DNA of 58,311 bases from Vicugna vicugna (taxonomy: Eukaryota): positions 198,016 through 256,326 of the forward strand of contig MU057936.1 of the NCBI GenBank assembly GCA_013265495.1, read 5' to 3'. Position 1 is the stretch's first letter, and every line of letters starts with the position of its first letter. Shown one piece after another: positions 26,425 through 39,959 of the stretch. Below the pieces are notes generated by a model. The model searched no databases. It was given only the letters and a program-made list of their open reading frames with translations, and was not told where the DNA came from. A program made the position numbers and the translations under genes.

Positions 26425-27588
26425 TTTTTTAATTAAAAAAATTTTAACTGTAGTATAGTCAGTTTACAATGTTGTGTCAGTTTCTGGTGTACAGCATAAT
26501 GTTTCAGTCATACGTGGGCATACATATATTCCTTTTCATATTCTTTTTCATTATAGGTTGCTACAAAATAATGAATATAGTTCCTTGTGCTCTACAGTGG
26601 AAACTTGTTGTTTATCTATTTTATATATAGTAGTTAGTATCTACAAATCTTGAATTCCCGATTTACCCCTTCCCACCTCCTTCCCCCTTGGTAACCATGT
26701 TTGTTTTCTATACCTGTGAGTCTATTTCTGTTTTGTAAATAAGTTCATTTGTGTCTTTTTTTTAATATTCCACATATAAGTGATATCTTATGGTATTTTT
26801 CTTTCTCTTTCTGGCTTACTTCACTTAGAATTACAGTCTCCAGGTCCATCCATGTTGCTGCAAATGGCATGCTTCTATTCTTTTTATGGCTGAGTAGTAT
26901 TCCATTGTATAAATATACCACCACTTCTTTATCCAGTCATCTATCGATGGATGTTTAGGTTGTTTCCATGTCTTGACTATTGTAAATAATGCTTCTATGA
27001 ACACTGGGGTGCATGTATCTTTTCAAATTAGAGTTCCCTCTGGATATATGCCCAGGAGTGGGATTGATGGATCATATGGTAAGTCTATTTTCAGTTTTTT
27101 AAGGACTCTCCATACCATTTTCCATAATGGCTGCACCAAACTGCATTCCCACCAACAGTGTAGGAGGGTTCTCTTTTCTCCACATCCTCTCCAGCATTTG
27201 TCATTTGTGGACTTTTTAATGATGGCCATTTTGAATGGTTTGAGGTGATACCTCATTGCAGTTTTGATTTGCATTTCTCTGATAACTAGCAATACTGAGC
27301 ATTTTTTCATGTGCCTATTAGCCATTTGTATGTCTTCATTGGAGAATTGCTTGTTTAGGTTTTCTGCCCATTTTTGGATTGAGTTGTTTATTTTTTGTTA
27401 TTAAGTTATATGAGCTGTTTGTATATTCTGGAAATTAAGCACTTGTCAGTTGCATCATTTGCAAGTATTTTCTCCCATTCCGTAGATTGTCTTTTTCTTT
27501 TGTTTATGGTTTCCTTTGCTGTGCAAAAGCTTGTAAGTTTAATTAGATCTCATTGGTTTATTTTTGCTTTTATTTCTATTGCCCTATG
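26425..27588 (-). mobile_element. Young L1 (ORF2 C-terminus plus 3'UTR) inserted in ERV-A integrase
   Basis: 15-bp TSD TCTACCCCTTTTATT at 26410-26424 and 27589-27603; [10 protein letters not shown]...[18 protein letters not shown]. Confidence 0.95.
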
Positions 27589-30500
27589 TCTACCCCTTTT
27601 ATTACTGGAGGCAGCTTGGTTTTAGGATTGTTTCTGGTGCAGATCAGGCAATTTTGTATTACCTGTTAGATAGTCCTTTGCATTTGTGGATCGACAATAA
27701 ACTGTTGTAGCTAATGATAGTTTGCATTCCCCCCATAATGGGTTTCTTGATATAAAAGCGTAATAATTCTTTCCATTAAATGCTTGGGTATAAGCCCTAG
27801 TCCCTGTTCATTATAAATCCAGCCTTCTTTGATACTGATCACCATCTAAGTCTCGAGAGTGAACATGACATCCCCATTTGTCTGCTCTCTAGATCCATTT
27901 CCAAATACTGAGGCTTAAACAGGGATAGGTCTATATCTGGAATGAGTGCTAGGGCCTTAGGACCTGGGGTTTTGGTTCTGGCTGCCTATTTTGTGGCCTG
28001 ATCAGCCAAATTATTTCCTTTAGGTATTTAACTATCAGTCTTTTGGTGGCCTGGGCAATGAACAATGGATAATTGTTCTGTCATTATAGTCTTAATAAGG
28101 CTGATTTCTACTGTGTATTTCTTTCCTTCCTGATGCTAGTAGACCTCTCTTTCCATATTGCCCCACAGGCATGCATGACAGAGAAGGCATACTAGAATCA
28201 GTATAAATATACCACCACTTCTTTATCCAGTCATCTATCGATGAACATTTACCTTTTTCTTAGCTACAAGGTTCAGGGCTCTTGTGAAGGCTATGAGCTT
28301 CATCTTCTGGGCAGATGTACGTGGAGGAGGGCTTCTGTTTCTAGGACTTCTTGATGAGTTACTATTGCACACCCCACTTTTTGGAGTCCCTGGTCCATGA
28401 AGCTGCTCCAGTTCATAAACATCTCTCTATCTGGGTTGTCTAAAGGCTGCTCAGTCAGGTCGGGTCTGCTCGACCTGACTTCTTTAATTATTTCTATGGT
28501 ATAGAACCCCTTATGGCATTTATCAGTCCAACTTGCTGACTCACTGTCATTTCCTTTACGAGCCTCATATAGGTTTTACCATGAGTCCAAAGTTAGGAAT
28601 CCTAATATGACAAAACTCTGCCATTCCTAAGAATTCTCACAATTGCCTTCTGGTGGTGGGTACAGCTACCCTAGCTAATGCTTCCCTCTGGTTCGGCAGT
28701 TAAGTTTTTCCTTTTGATAACTCAAATCCTAGATATTTTACAGTTGCTTGAAAAATTTTTGCCTTTCCCTTAGAGACTTAATATTCCTGGTCTATCAGAA
28801 AGCTTAAAGTAAGGATTGTATTGTATTAGTATTTTAGCTTTCTTAGTTTTACTAGCAATTAGTATGTCATACTATGGTGAGTCTCCCTCATTTAAGTGGG
28901 GATCTCTTAAGTCCTTGGCTAAGGCTTCCCTGAAGATGGTAGGGCTATTCTTAAATTCTTGTGGAAGTACTATCCAACAATACTGGTGTTTTATATTAGT
29001 CTCTGGATCCTGCCATTCAAAGGCAAATAGCTCCTGGTACCCAGGACTTAGGGGTATGCACTAAAAGGCATACAGCCAGAATCTCCAGATAACATTGTAA
29101 GCAATGTGTAAGGATTTGGCACCACCAGATGTATATCCTCTACAATTTATTTAATGGCTCTCAAATTCTGTACAAAAGGATAATTGGTCCCAGGTTTTTG
29201 TTATATGGGGATTGCCAAGGTCAGATCAATTGGCATTTCAGAAAGGTGGGTATCAGTGGCTTTATACTTTCCTTCACGTGCTTCTTTAAAGAGTATTGCT
29301 TTAAACTAGGAGCCTGGGCCCCTGGATGGAGCTTTACTACCGTTGGGTTAGCTGTCCTGGCTCTTGCTGGACTCCCGTCAGCCCAAGCACCCACTCTTAA
29401 CGTTTTGTAGAACTTCTGAAGGAACTTCTGAGTGAGGTTTGTCTCCCAGTTGTATTAGTGCAGCTTCATCTGGGAGTACTTTAGTGTTTACTTCTGGTAA
29501 GAAAGTCACTGGGCATTTAATTCTGTTAGAGCTCACCCCAACAAGGGAATAGGGCATTCAGGCATGTATAGAAAGCTGTGCTTTAAATGTGTCTTTTTTT
29601 TTCCAATTAGATAGATCAGAAATAAAAAAGGGGGCGTGCCCATACACAGATGCCCTGAGTTAACCTTGGTCATCTAGACCTGTGAGAACTTGTTTCAGTG
29701 GATATTGCCCTGCCTGAGGCAGAGGACACCCTGGGCTGAATTGAATACCCTAGTGGGTGCCAGGAGGGGACACCAATCCCTTTTGACTCTCTAGTAAGGA
29801 AGGGTACAAGGCTGGGGCTGGACCTGTTGCCCTAGGAGGAGTGGTGGTGGAAGCTTTGACACTGCTCACAGGGATCCCCCCTTCATACGATGGGGGAACA
29901 GAAGGCAGCACCGAAGGAGGAACCAGATGTAGTAAGTAAAGATCATTAGGCTCTGACTCAGGCAAGACAGGTTTTTTTCTGAAGATCTTCCCTCTGAACC
30001 ATAATTTTATATCTCTTCTCAAAATCCCTATTCTGCAAAATAACTTGGAAAAACTAGTCAAGGTCAAATATTGAGGCCACTACTTGTACCTGCCTCCCCT
30101 GGATCTGAGTAAAGTTGATAACCGCAGTGCAAGGCAGAGCTGATGGTAGGACAGCCCAGTTCTCCATCTGGGAATCTATCCTCTGAAGAAAGGCAAGCCC
30201 TTAGTGAAGTTGGAGCTCTGTGGTTGGCTGATGACTGTCTCCATTGTAGTGCTCAAAATAGTTTACTTTGGGGCCAAGAAAACCATGGAAGCGCCTAGAA
30301 CAACTGCCTTTAGCAAATGCCTGCCACCTATTCCCAGCCTTCATGGATTGGGCTCCACGTTAACCAGCAGTATTATCAGAAACTCGAGGTCTGTGTGATG
30401 CAGAAATATTGGCTGCACCTGGGAAACCCTTGCGTTCAAAGGAGATGAAAGGAGATACCAGAGTTTGCCAATCTGTGGCTCAGAGCACACTTTGTTCCTT

Positions 30501-30594
30501 TGTAGGAAGCACCTGGGTGCACTAGAAGCTTGCCACTCAACTGCTCTCCAGCTTCGGGCTAGTTTTCAGTTAGCCTCTCTGAGGATGGACGTTT

Positions 30595-30990
30595 GAAGAG
30601 AGAGACAGAAGGAGAGAGGGGAAGAGAGAGAGCTGAGGGAGAAGGGGAGACAAGGGGGGGCGAGGCAGAGAGAGAGGGGGAGGAGAGGGGGAGGGAGAGA
30701 CAGAGACAAGGAGGGGGGAGACAGATAGAGGAAGAGGGAAGGAGAGAAAGAAGGGGGAGAGGGGGAGACAGGGAGAGGGAAGGAGAGAAAGGAGAAGGGG
30801 GAGGGGGAGACAGAGAGGGAGAGGGAAGGAGAGAAGGGAGAAGGGGGGAGAGGAGGAGGGGGGAGACAGAGGGAGATGGAAGGGGAGAGGGAGAGACAGA
30901 GACAGGGAGAGGGAAGGGGAGAGGGAGAGACGGAGACAAAGAAGGAGAGACAGACAGTTGGGGGAGAGAGGGAGGGAGAGAGAGAGAGAA
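30595..30990. repeat. About 400-bp GA-rich polypurine/polypyrimidine low-complexity tract
   Basis: Almost only G and A with scattered GACA units. Confidence 0.95.
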
Positions 30991-31285
30991 ACCTCTAAGC
31001 AAAGGCATAGTCTGTATCCTAGGTTTCAATCTCGGGAGGTGAGAACAGTCTACAGATTGTAAATCTAGAAAGTTGCCTTCTCTCACTCCCCCCAGTCTCA
31101 AGAGGTGTAGGAGAGGAAGCAAGAACCTTAGGAGTTAGGAACCAACCCCCTTTCCTAGTTTGGTTTCTGGAACAAATGCGGCAGTGGCCATCCACAACTT
31201 GGCTGTAAGAATTCCCTGGAGAAGCCATTGAGGAGAATGGACCTGAGTCTTAAAGATGACCAGCTTGGATTTGAGGGTTTACTTA

Positions 31286-31862
31286 TGTTACTGAAGAATT
31301 TCAGAGACGAGACATGGAGGTTAAGAAAGTAAAGTGAGGATTTACTAAGTAATAGGACGCTCTCAACGGAAGACCCGGCTGAGTCAGGTGAGTGCTGTGC
31401 TGAGTTTCTTTTGCAAGCTGGTTATATGGGGGTGCAAACATGAATTGGCAGAATATTCACTGGGGAGGGAAGGGTTTGGGGTTGTATTCCCTGATTTTCA
31501 TCCCAACTCCACCTTCCTGATGGCAGGAGGGATTTTTGTCCTTATTTAGTCTGGATCAGAAGTGTTATGGCATCGGTGCACGATGGGTACTTCTAATCTG
31601 CAAGGCTAATTTGATTGAAATGAGGGCATAATGAGCAAAACGTTATATTTGGACACTGGAAATTCCTGCCTTGTCCCACCTTTCTTTGTCTACTTCCAGG
31701 ACACTTGTCACTCCAAAATGTATGGTTTCTTATCTCTCTGGAGGTTCTTGCTTACCTCTGTCTGCCCTAGGACTCCTGTTGTTTGTAAGATGTATGGTTT
31801 CCTCCCATTTGGCCTGTGCCTGCCTTTCTCTGCTCATATCTAGCTATCTGCTTGCTCTAACA
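31286..31862 (-). mobile_element. Solo LTR related to the ERV-B family (more diverged)
   Basis: TGTTAC...CTCTAACA with 4-bp TSD CTTA; aligns with the LTRs at 43694, 46415 and 53488. Confidence 0.9.
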
Positions 31863-32299
31863 CTTAACACTGAAAAGCTTTACGTTAGAGGTGATTGTCA
31901 TGAACTGTAGCTTGAAAGTCACATGTGCTACCCAGTTGCCAAGGAATCTGTCCCAGCAGTTTCAAGACTGTAGCGCATTTGGTCAGAAGCTTCTAATAGT
32001 TTTTCCCAGTGTGCTGAGGGCAGGCTTGCCTATTGCAGAGGGATCTCATTTGCCACCTTGAAAAACTTACCTAATGAAAAGAAGGGTGGAAGAGGTGTGA
32101 CTGCATCAGTTTGTAGAAAGCAAAGTGGGGAAGTTCTGATAAAACGGGTTAAAGTGTGTGTGTGTATATACCTGGCGATGTGTCTGTGTCACCATGTCTG
32201 TGTGCAACATCAGATGAAATAAGGGATTTCCAAGATCTTTGGGATATTTGACAATTCAGTAATTGCTGCTGAAGATACAATGAGTTTTGATTATGTTTG

Positions 32300-32720
32300 G
32301 TTCAGTATTAACATGAAGGTATGCCTGAGTTTAAACTCAGGCATCAGCATTATTTTCCAGTGCCCCAGGTGATTCCAAGGTGCAATCATGTTTGACAATT
32401 AGGATGCTAAGGAATGTTTTTCAAAATTCATTGTGCGTATTAATCACCTGGGATCTTGTTAAAATGTAGATTCTGATTCAGTATGTCTGGGGTCAGGCTT
32501 AAGACTATTGAGTGTCTAACAAGCTCTCAGGTGAGGCCGATGCTGCTAATTCGCACCAGCAAGGAAGTTAGGAAGATTCTCGTGCTGGTTTTAGTTGCCT
32601 GGGATGCGTAGGTCCTGCCCCAGAGACTGATGCAATTGGTCTGAGAGGTGTCTGTGCAGCTAGTTTCTAAAGCTCTGCAGGTGATTCTAATGTACAGCAA
32701 AGCTTGCCAACCTCTATGGG
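32300..32720. mobile_element. Cluster of MER5A/B-like (hAT-Charlie) fragments
   Basis: AATCACCTGGGATCTTGTTAAAATGTAGATTCTGATTCAGTA; CAGGTGATTCTAATG motifs repeated. Confidence 0.75.
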
Positions 32721-33289
32721 AAAGTGTGATGATTTATCAAGTTCAATTATTATTTTACCCATAGCCCTAAGGTGGTCTTCTCTTCCCATTCCCTGCACCC
32801 TGACTTATCCCTCTGCTTTTCAAGTCCAAACATCCAGAGGATGGTGGGATCAGGATTAGCACTCATCCTTTCATTCTTCCCCACCTCTGAGGAGTAGAAT
32901 GTGGTCCAGGATGGAAAGGGCAGGCTCAGGCAACCAGGGTTTGGGAAGAATAAGCAAAAAGCTTTGTCCAGGGCGATTTAAAGGAAAAACTAGTTGAAAC
33001 AGAATGGGGCAGAGGGATTGCCAGGGAACACGGTCACAAGAAAACTTGCCTTTAGTCTTGGCCCTGAGTTTGCAGCAGTGAAAACATCAATCTGCTCTCT
33101 CGAACCTGACAGCATCTGTCAGGTGTCAGGACCTGACAACCACACAGCTACAAAGGATTTTTCCTTTTCAATTAGGAGAGTGACAAGGTTGATTGAAGCA
33201 AGAGAGATTCCCCAGTAGCAAAGTAAAGATAAAAAAATCTTTCTCCAAAGTATAAACACCACAGAGGAACTTAGAAGTGAGTGAATGAT

Positions 33290-33545
33290 GAAGATGCTGA
33301 CGATAAATACCTTATGGCTTACACATAAGGTATTTATTATGCACCAGCCACTGTTCTAAGCATTTAAAAAAATGAACTTGTCTCATCTTCTAAGCAACCA
33401 AATGGTATTAACAATTTTATTATCCTTACTTTACATGTGAGGAATCAGGCACAGAGAAGTAATGTGCCCAAGTTCAGCCAGTTTAGTTAGTGGCTAAATG
33501 GGGACTTGAACCCAGGTAATCTGTGGTGAAGAATCCGCTACACCT
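33290..33545 (-). mobile_element. MIR
   Basis: TTACATGTGAGGAATCAGGCACAGAGAAG...GCCCAAG...GGACTTGAACCCAGG. Confidence 0.75.
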
Positions 33546-33629
33546 AAGTGCTTGTCTGAAACAGGAGAGTCAATTTATCCTCGGTCCATTTATAATCAGA
33601 CACAAACAGCTGCTCCCTGTGTGTGCTTC

Positions 33630-34236
33630 TGTAACTGAGTGGGACCTTGTGGGGCCTTCGTGTCCTCCACCTCCCTCTTGTCCATAGAAAAGCTTAGCCT
33701 CCTAGGCCTTCTCCAAGTTCCAAAGAATAAACTTAATCAGAGAAGTGAGAAAATGCAGAAAGAAAGGAAAACAGTAAGGCAAGACAAAATAATGATAGGT
33801 TAGCCATTAAACAAAGTCAAGGACCTTTAGTTCTTCCTCAAGGGCTATGGATAATATTCTGAGCCATGTCCTTTGAACTGTTTTGTGGATACTGAAACCC
33901 TCGCCAGGTGCAAGAAGTTAACTGCATGCTGCCTGCCCACAAGCACGGAGACCCTAGACCAGGTGGAACCAAAAGGTTGATGGGGTTGGCTTCCAATTAC
34001 CTCACCAGCAACCAATCAGAAGAATGTTTACAAGTTGATCACGCTTCCCACAATCCCCCTCCCTCACCCTGTCTTTCAAAACCTTTCAGTGAAAGCCATC
34101 AGAAAGTTCAGGCCTTTTGAGCACTAGCTGCCTTCACTCTTTGCTTGGCGCCTACAATAAACACTGCACTTTCCCTGTGTTAGTAGATTGGTTTTACTGT
34201 GCACAGGCAGGCAGACCCAAGTTTGGTTCTGTAACA
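33630..34236 (+). mobile_element. ERV1 solo LTR
   Basis: TGTAAC...TGTAACA, 4-bp TSD CTTC, CCAAT box, AATAAA at 34156-34161. Confidence 0.88.
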
Positions 34237-34966
34237 CTTCCTCATATCTAGAGGAGAACAGTTTATTGACATATATATGATCTGAGACATTATTAGAGAA
34301 AGGAGAAGTCCTCAAAGCCGACAGAAAAAGAAACAGTGAAAAGATCCACATTTGACTAAGAAGAGCAAAGGGGTAAGTGCATTTCCTGGAAACTTAAAAG
34401 GGCTTAATCCTCACTTTTAAGAAAATATTCGCTTACAGTCATGGTAAAATGGGAAAGTTAATTACTGTGTGGCTGAGCTTGTTCATATTTTAGTAAATGT
34501 TCAAAGCAGTATAAAAACTTTAAAGAAACTCAAACTAACCATGTGTTCTTGATAAAGCATGCAGAATCTGTAAATTTCAACTTTTATCTTTGTTAACACA
34601 CCTGTTAACACACAGAAGAAACATGTTTGGAGTATTTTTCTTAGGCAACGACACCTTAGGGTTTACGTGAGTACAGAGGTCATCTGGTCAAATAGAGCTG
34701 ACTGAGAAGCTAAATTTGTAAAGGGGAACAGAAAAAAATAAAAGTCCAAATTTATCATTTCCTTAAAGAATTTTTTTTAAACTGGGAAATCTTTCTACAT
34801 AGCCATGAAACTAAGAAAAATCTTCTCCACATCCTGAAAGGAGAAACCAAGAGGCCACACTTAGGTCAGAACAGGCTGATGTGGGGCCACTGGGTATGGA
34901 CACAGCTGGTCACAGTGTGGAATGAGGTAATGGTCCAGGTAGGGCCAGCAGCCCTCTAAGTGTTTT

Positions 34967-35469
34967 TTTTTTTTGAACATTTTTTATTGATTTATAATCA
35001 CTTTACAATGTTGTGTCAAATTCCAGTGTAGAGCACAATTTTTCAGTTATACATGAAAATATTCATTGGCACATTTTTTTCTCTGTGAGCTACCATAAGA
35101 TTTTGTGTATGTTTCCCTGTGCTATACAGTATAATCTTGTTTATCTATTCTACATTTTGAAATCCCGTCTATCCCTTTCCACCCTCCGCCCCCTTGGCAA
35201 CCGCAAGTTTGTATTGTATGTCTATGAGTCTGTTTCTGTTTTGTATTTATGCTTTGTTTGTTTGATCCTTTGTTTTAGATTCCACATATGAGCGATCTCA
35301 TATGGTATTTTTCTTTCTCTTTCTGGCTTACTTCACTTAAAATGACATTCTCCAGGAGCATCCATGTTGCTGCAAATGGTGTTCTGTTGTCGGTTTTTAT
35401 GTCTGAGTAGTAGTCCATTGTATAAATATAACACATCTTCTTTATCCAGTCACCTGTTGATGGACATTT
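34967..35469 (-). mobile_element. Young 5'-truncated L1
   Basis: 14-bp TSD CCTCTAAGTGTTTT at 34953-34966 and 35470-35483; poly-T on the left. Confidence 0.93.
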
Positions 35470-35539
35470 CCTCTAAGTGTTTTAACGCCTCATCCCATGC
35501 TCCACTGTGATCTGCCCTGGGTGTGGAACTGGCTGTGCC

Positions 35540-36070
35540 ATACTCTCTCCCTACTCTCTTTCCAGTGGCCTCATCCAGTCCCATGACCTCAACATCACCT
35601 ATATAGGCTAAAGTCACCCATATATATGTTTCTAAACCTGAGCTCCAGATTCATTTTTCTGACTACCTGCAGAACAGTTCCACTTGGATGTCTAATAGGC
35701 ATCTCAGATTTTACATGACATGCCTTCCCCACCCTTCCATTTCAGTTGTGCCCTGACAGAAGTCCCCAAATTAATAAATAGCACTGCCATCAACCCAGGT
35801 TAGATTAATTTAGATTATTTTCTTTATATCTCATTCCTCACCTCTGGTCCACAAAGACATCTTGTTGATTGATCCAAATCCATCTACAATTTGTCTACAT
35901 CTCTATTTCTTCGGCCTCTACTCCAGTCCAACCACCATTGTCTCTTACCTGGACCGGCTACAGTGTCTCCTAACTGGTCTCCTGGCTTTAACTCTCCCCC
36001 CCACCCCTACCCCTATTCTTCAAAGCAGCCAGAATCACTGACTCAACAGTCAGAGGGATTTATTCTACTT
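35540..36070 (+). mobile_element. L2 fragment
   Basis: TCCACTTGGATGTCTAATAGGCATCTCAGA and CTAACTGGTCTCCTG are L2 hallmark motifs. Confidence 0.75.
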
Positions 36071-36144
36071 TAAATTCAATATCACAAATTGACCTTCATC
36101 TAAGATCTTATATTTCTCAGCTCTTCTATTGAGATACATTTTGA

Positions 36145-36366
36145 GGGGTACCGTGTTGCTTTATTGTAAGATGATATAGTTGAAGTAAAAAAAAAATCAC
36201 ATGTGGATGTTTCATAAGGGCAACATGCATGCCTAGCATTGGTGACCACAGGAAGTCACACCTGTGTCTATCGGGAAGCCAGCCCTACACTCAATTGTAT
36301 TATCACTGTCACCCATGGTGAGTTTGTCAAAGAGGTACTCTGCCATGCTGGCTTCCAAGGCCCCCA
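36145..36366 (-). pseudogene. Truncated ferritin heavy chain-like copy (C-terminal codons plus 3'UTR)
   Basis: Minus strand reads [22 protein letters not shown], then an FTH1-like 3'UTR ending AATAAAGCAACACGGTACCC. Confidence 0.88.
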
Positions 36367-36475
36367 ACTGCTACCCAGAATTAATGGTCCACATTTCAAA
36401 TACAGTGAAGACCACTATTTTAACCCCTGCCCAATCCCAGGTTAGGGTTTTGCACACACAAATTAATCAGAGACC

Positions 36476-36481
36476 TTTATT
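36476..36481 (-). terminator. Polyadenylation signal AATAAA of the ferritin-like gene
   Basis: TTTATT on plus strand, about 170 nt after the stop codon. Confidence 0.65.
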
Positions 36482-36652
36482 TATATAGGCATCAATAACT
36501 TTACTGGAAGAAATGGCAAAACTGGAAACAACAAAACATAAATAAAATTTTTAAGTGAACTTTTTTTTTGCAAGGGCAATATTGCCGTATGCATGCCAGG
36601 CAGGGGGACCTCGGGAAGTCACCCCGTGACCACGGGGAACTCCAGTCCAGGC

Positions 36653-37480
<828 letters not shown>

Positions 37481-37699
37481 GCCAGGCAGAAACACAGTTA
37501 CATCACAGCCTGAGTGAGGAAGGACGACTTTGACCTGAGCATCAGGCATTAAGTTTTTTATTTTGCTATATTTTCTGAGGACTTTAGTTCACAAATAGCT
37601 CCCTTTTTAGCACTCTGTTCTCATTTTGTAAACCCACTGTCTTCCTTAAAATTCCAAGAATGTGAATATGGATTTTTTGGTAAAGTTCTTTTCTGTTTC

Positions 37700-37800
37700 C
37701 TATATTTTATTTATATATCTATATACATACAAATATATAAATATATTTATATATATACACACATACATATATGTATGTATGTGTGTGTGTATATATATAT
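37700..37800. repeat. (TA)/(CA)/(TG) compound low-complexity repeat
   Basis: Read directly. Confidence 0.9.
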
Positions 37801-38352
37801 AATCCTCCAGAAATAGTTCTGTTTGTTCATTATGATCTTCTTTTACTTTACTCAAATATCTGGCCAACATTTGTTCATTCATATTTGAGAATAAAGGACT
37901 CATTTGATTGGCCTAGGTACTTAGAATGGATCTGATCTACAGTTGTGATGTCCATTTCACTAATAGCCTTCTCCTCCAAATGGGAGGGCAGAGTGTGTCC
38001 ATTAGGGAATGGTCTTCTCTCTTTAGGACACACGATTTGAAGCTTGCAGGTAAGACATGGACCATAGTAAAGGCCAAAATCTTGGCATTTTCTGACATTG
38101 GAGGACTTCTGTATACCTCTTCTAGGTAGATTGTGTCCTGTTCTGTTTCTCTTCTGCTGAGCAGGTCTGCAGTTATCTCAGACGTGCTCTAATATGGGTT
38201 TCCTTGCTGAGCCTTTGAATGACATAGAGAGATTATCCTCCTATCACCTGCACCACCAATGTGCACTGGATCTTGGTAAGATCAAAAAATAAAATTTTAC
38301 TATTTTAAGTCAGAAGGACTCAAAATATTTGTTACAGCAGTTAGCCTACTCT

Positions 38353-39043
38353 TGTCATCAGGTTTGGCTGGTCATTGCTCAAGAATCCAATACTGAGAGA
38401 CAAGTATTGGGTAAAAGGAAAGATAGCTTTATTGGGGAAGTCATGGAAGAAGGTGGAGTCATGTCACAAGGAACCAACTCCCCGTTGCCGATTAGGGGCA
38501 AGAGCTTTTGAAGGTGTGTGGGGGTAGGTACAGAACAGCACAATTAGCTCCTATAACCATAAAACTGGTTATGCTGTTGTCTGATCAGCATCATCTTGAT
38601 TGTTTTAAGTAAGTGAATCTTCAACTCCGAGGTTGATTTGCTCCATTTCCTTGAGGCCAGTTCTTGGAATTGTGCATGATGGAGCAGCTTATGTCATGGC
38701 TGTAGTCTGGGGTTAGCTTTTTCTCTCTCGTCACTGTTTTAGTATCTGCACAACAACTCAGGAAAGTGCATCAGACACTGTTACCGCTGTCCTTGAGGGA
38801 GGAGCTAAAGATTTCTGTGGCTGCTGCATGGCTGATTCCCTGTTGAAACTGTCATCAGCCCTCCAGGCTTGACTGCCATCCTTATCACCACGTGTTCACA
38901 TCCTTTCAATTATCAAGTCTTGAGTCAGCCTTTTGTGACTCAGGGGAAGCCTGGGAGACTGCAGTTTCTCTGCAAACAAGAGACAGAGGACACAGAGGGG
39001 CTTTTGTACCTGGGAGGACCCTGCAGGGTTCTCCTTGGTTTCA
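38353..39043 (-). mobile_element. ERV1 solo LTR (distantly related to 33630-34236)
   Basis: Ends CCTTGGTTTCA; antisense AATAAA near 38428; imperfect TSD CTCT/CCCT; left boundary could be 38330. Confidence 0.75.
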
Positions 39044-39959
39044 CCCTGACTAATTACCCAGTCAAATCAAGTTCTGGATGACTCTGGGTGATACCCATGG
39101 TGTAAGCCACTGTAAGCTTACAGCATTTCCTCTTGGTGGAAATGCAGATCCCAAAGTTAAAAAGTCTAGACAGAGCTGAATCATCATGCTCTATTTCTTG
39201 TGCTAAAGTCATCAGTAATATATTTCCGTCCTGCTCCCATTTTCCCTCATGGAGAGTGGAATGAGAAATCGCTCAAGAACACATGAAGCACAAGAAATAA
39301 GGTTCTCTGTTTCCCTCAATGCCAGGGAACAAACTCCACCTAGTCCTCAGGTGCCTGACTTTAAGCCAACAACAGGAGACACCAGGGGCGGGTCAAGTCA
39401 GCTGTGGTGAGGGAGGTGTGGGTCCTGTAGGAACAGGGGCTCCCCCTGGGACCACATAATCCGAGGATGTGTTTGTGTGGGGCAGCTCCCCAGAAGAGGA
39501 GGATGCTGTTCCAGAAGTGGTGGCAGAGCTAAGGAGATGGTCCAGGGATTGTACCCTTCAGTCTGCCCTTGTGGACTGTGAGACCCATAGAAGTGAGTGA
39601 GTCTCAGATCTGTTTGTGTCCCCTACACCATCCAGCACTCCAGGCACCGAGCACTTCCTCCCCTGAGCAATTCTTCACCTTTGGAAACGGGCACAGAGAG
39701 AAAGGAGCAACCAAAGTGGGCTCAGAAAGGCCTGGAACAACCTGTTAGAGACATCTGTGGGGATGGAAGATGGCTTCAGCCCCCAGATACAGGCCCGGGA
39801 CGCCTTTGGGCAGAGTTCCTGCAGTGCTTTCCGAGAAGCCCGGGGTTCGGGAGCCTGGCCACAGTGAGCAGCGGTTAATAAAGGTGATCAGGGAGCCAGT
39901 CCCAGCTCTGTCACCAGACAGTAAGTGAAAGATGTGATGAGTCCTCCCCAGACTGGGTG

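Larger units (their letters stand above)
24720..32080 (-). mobile_element. Internally deleted gammaretrovirus-like ERV1 internal region (ERV-A): IN, RNase H, RT, protease end, gag fragment, leader
   Basis: [12 protein letters not shown]...KEIIPHFGLPVSIQSD (26136-26318); RNase H remnants near 27950-28480; RT remnants 28520-29300; gag PPSY (29750-30067); env and 5' LTR not found; right boundary approximate. Confidence 0.8.

Noticed and set aside
30559..31122. 187-aa Pro/Ser/Leu and 149-aa Arg/Gly/Glu ORFs
   Set aside because: Artefacts of a low-complexity tract that rarely contains stop codons
39340..39930. GC-richer unique segment with a GC box and GTGAGT/GTAAGT donor-like motifs
   Set aside because: Could be non-coding exons, but no ORF homology or other support from sequence alone
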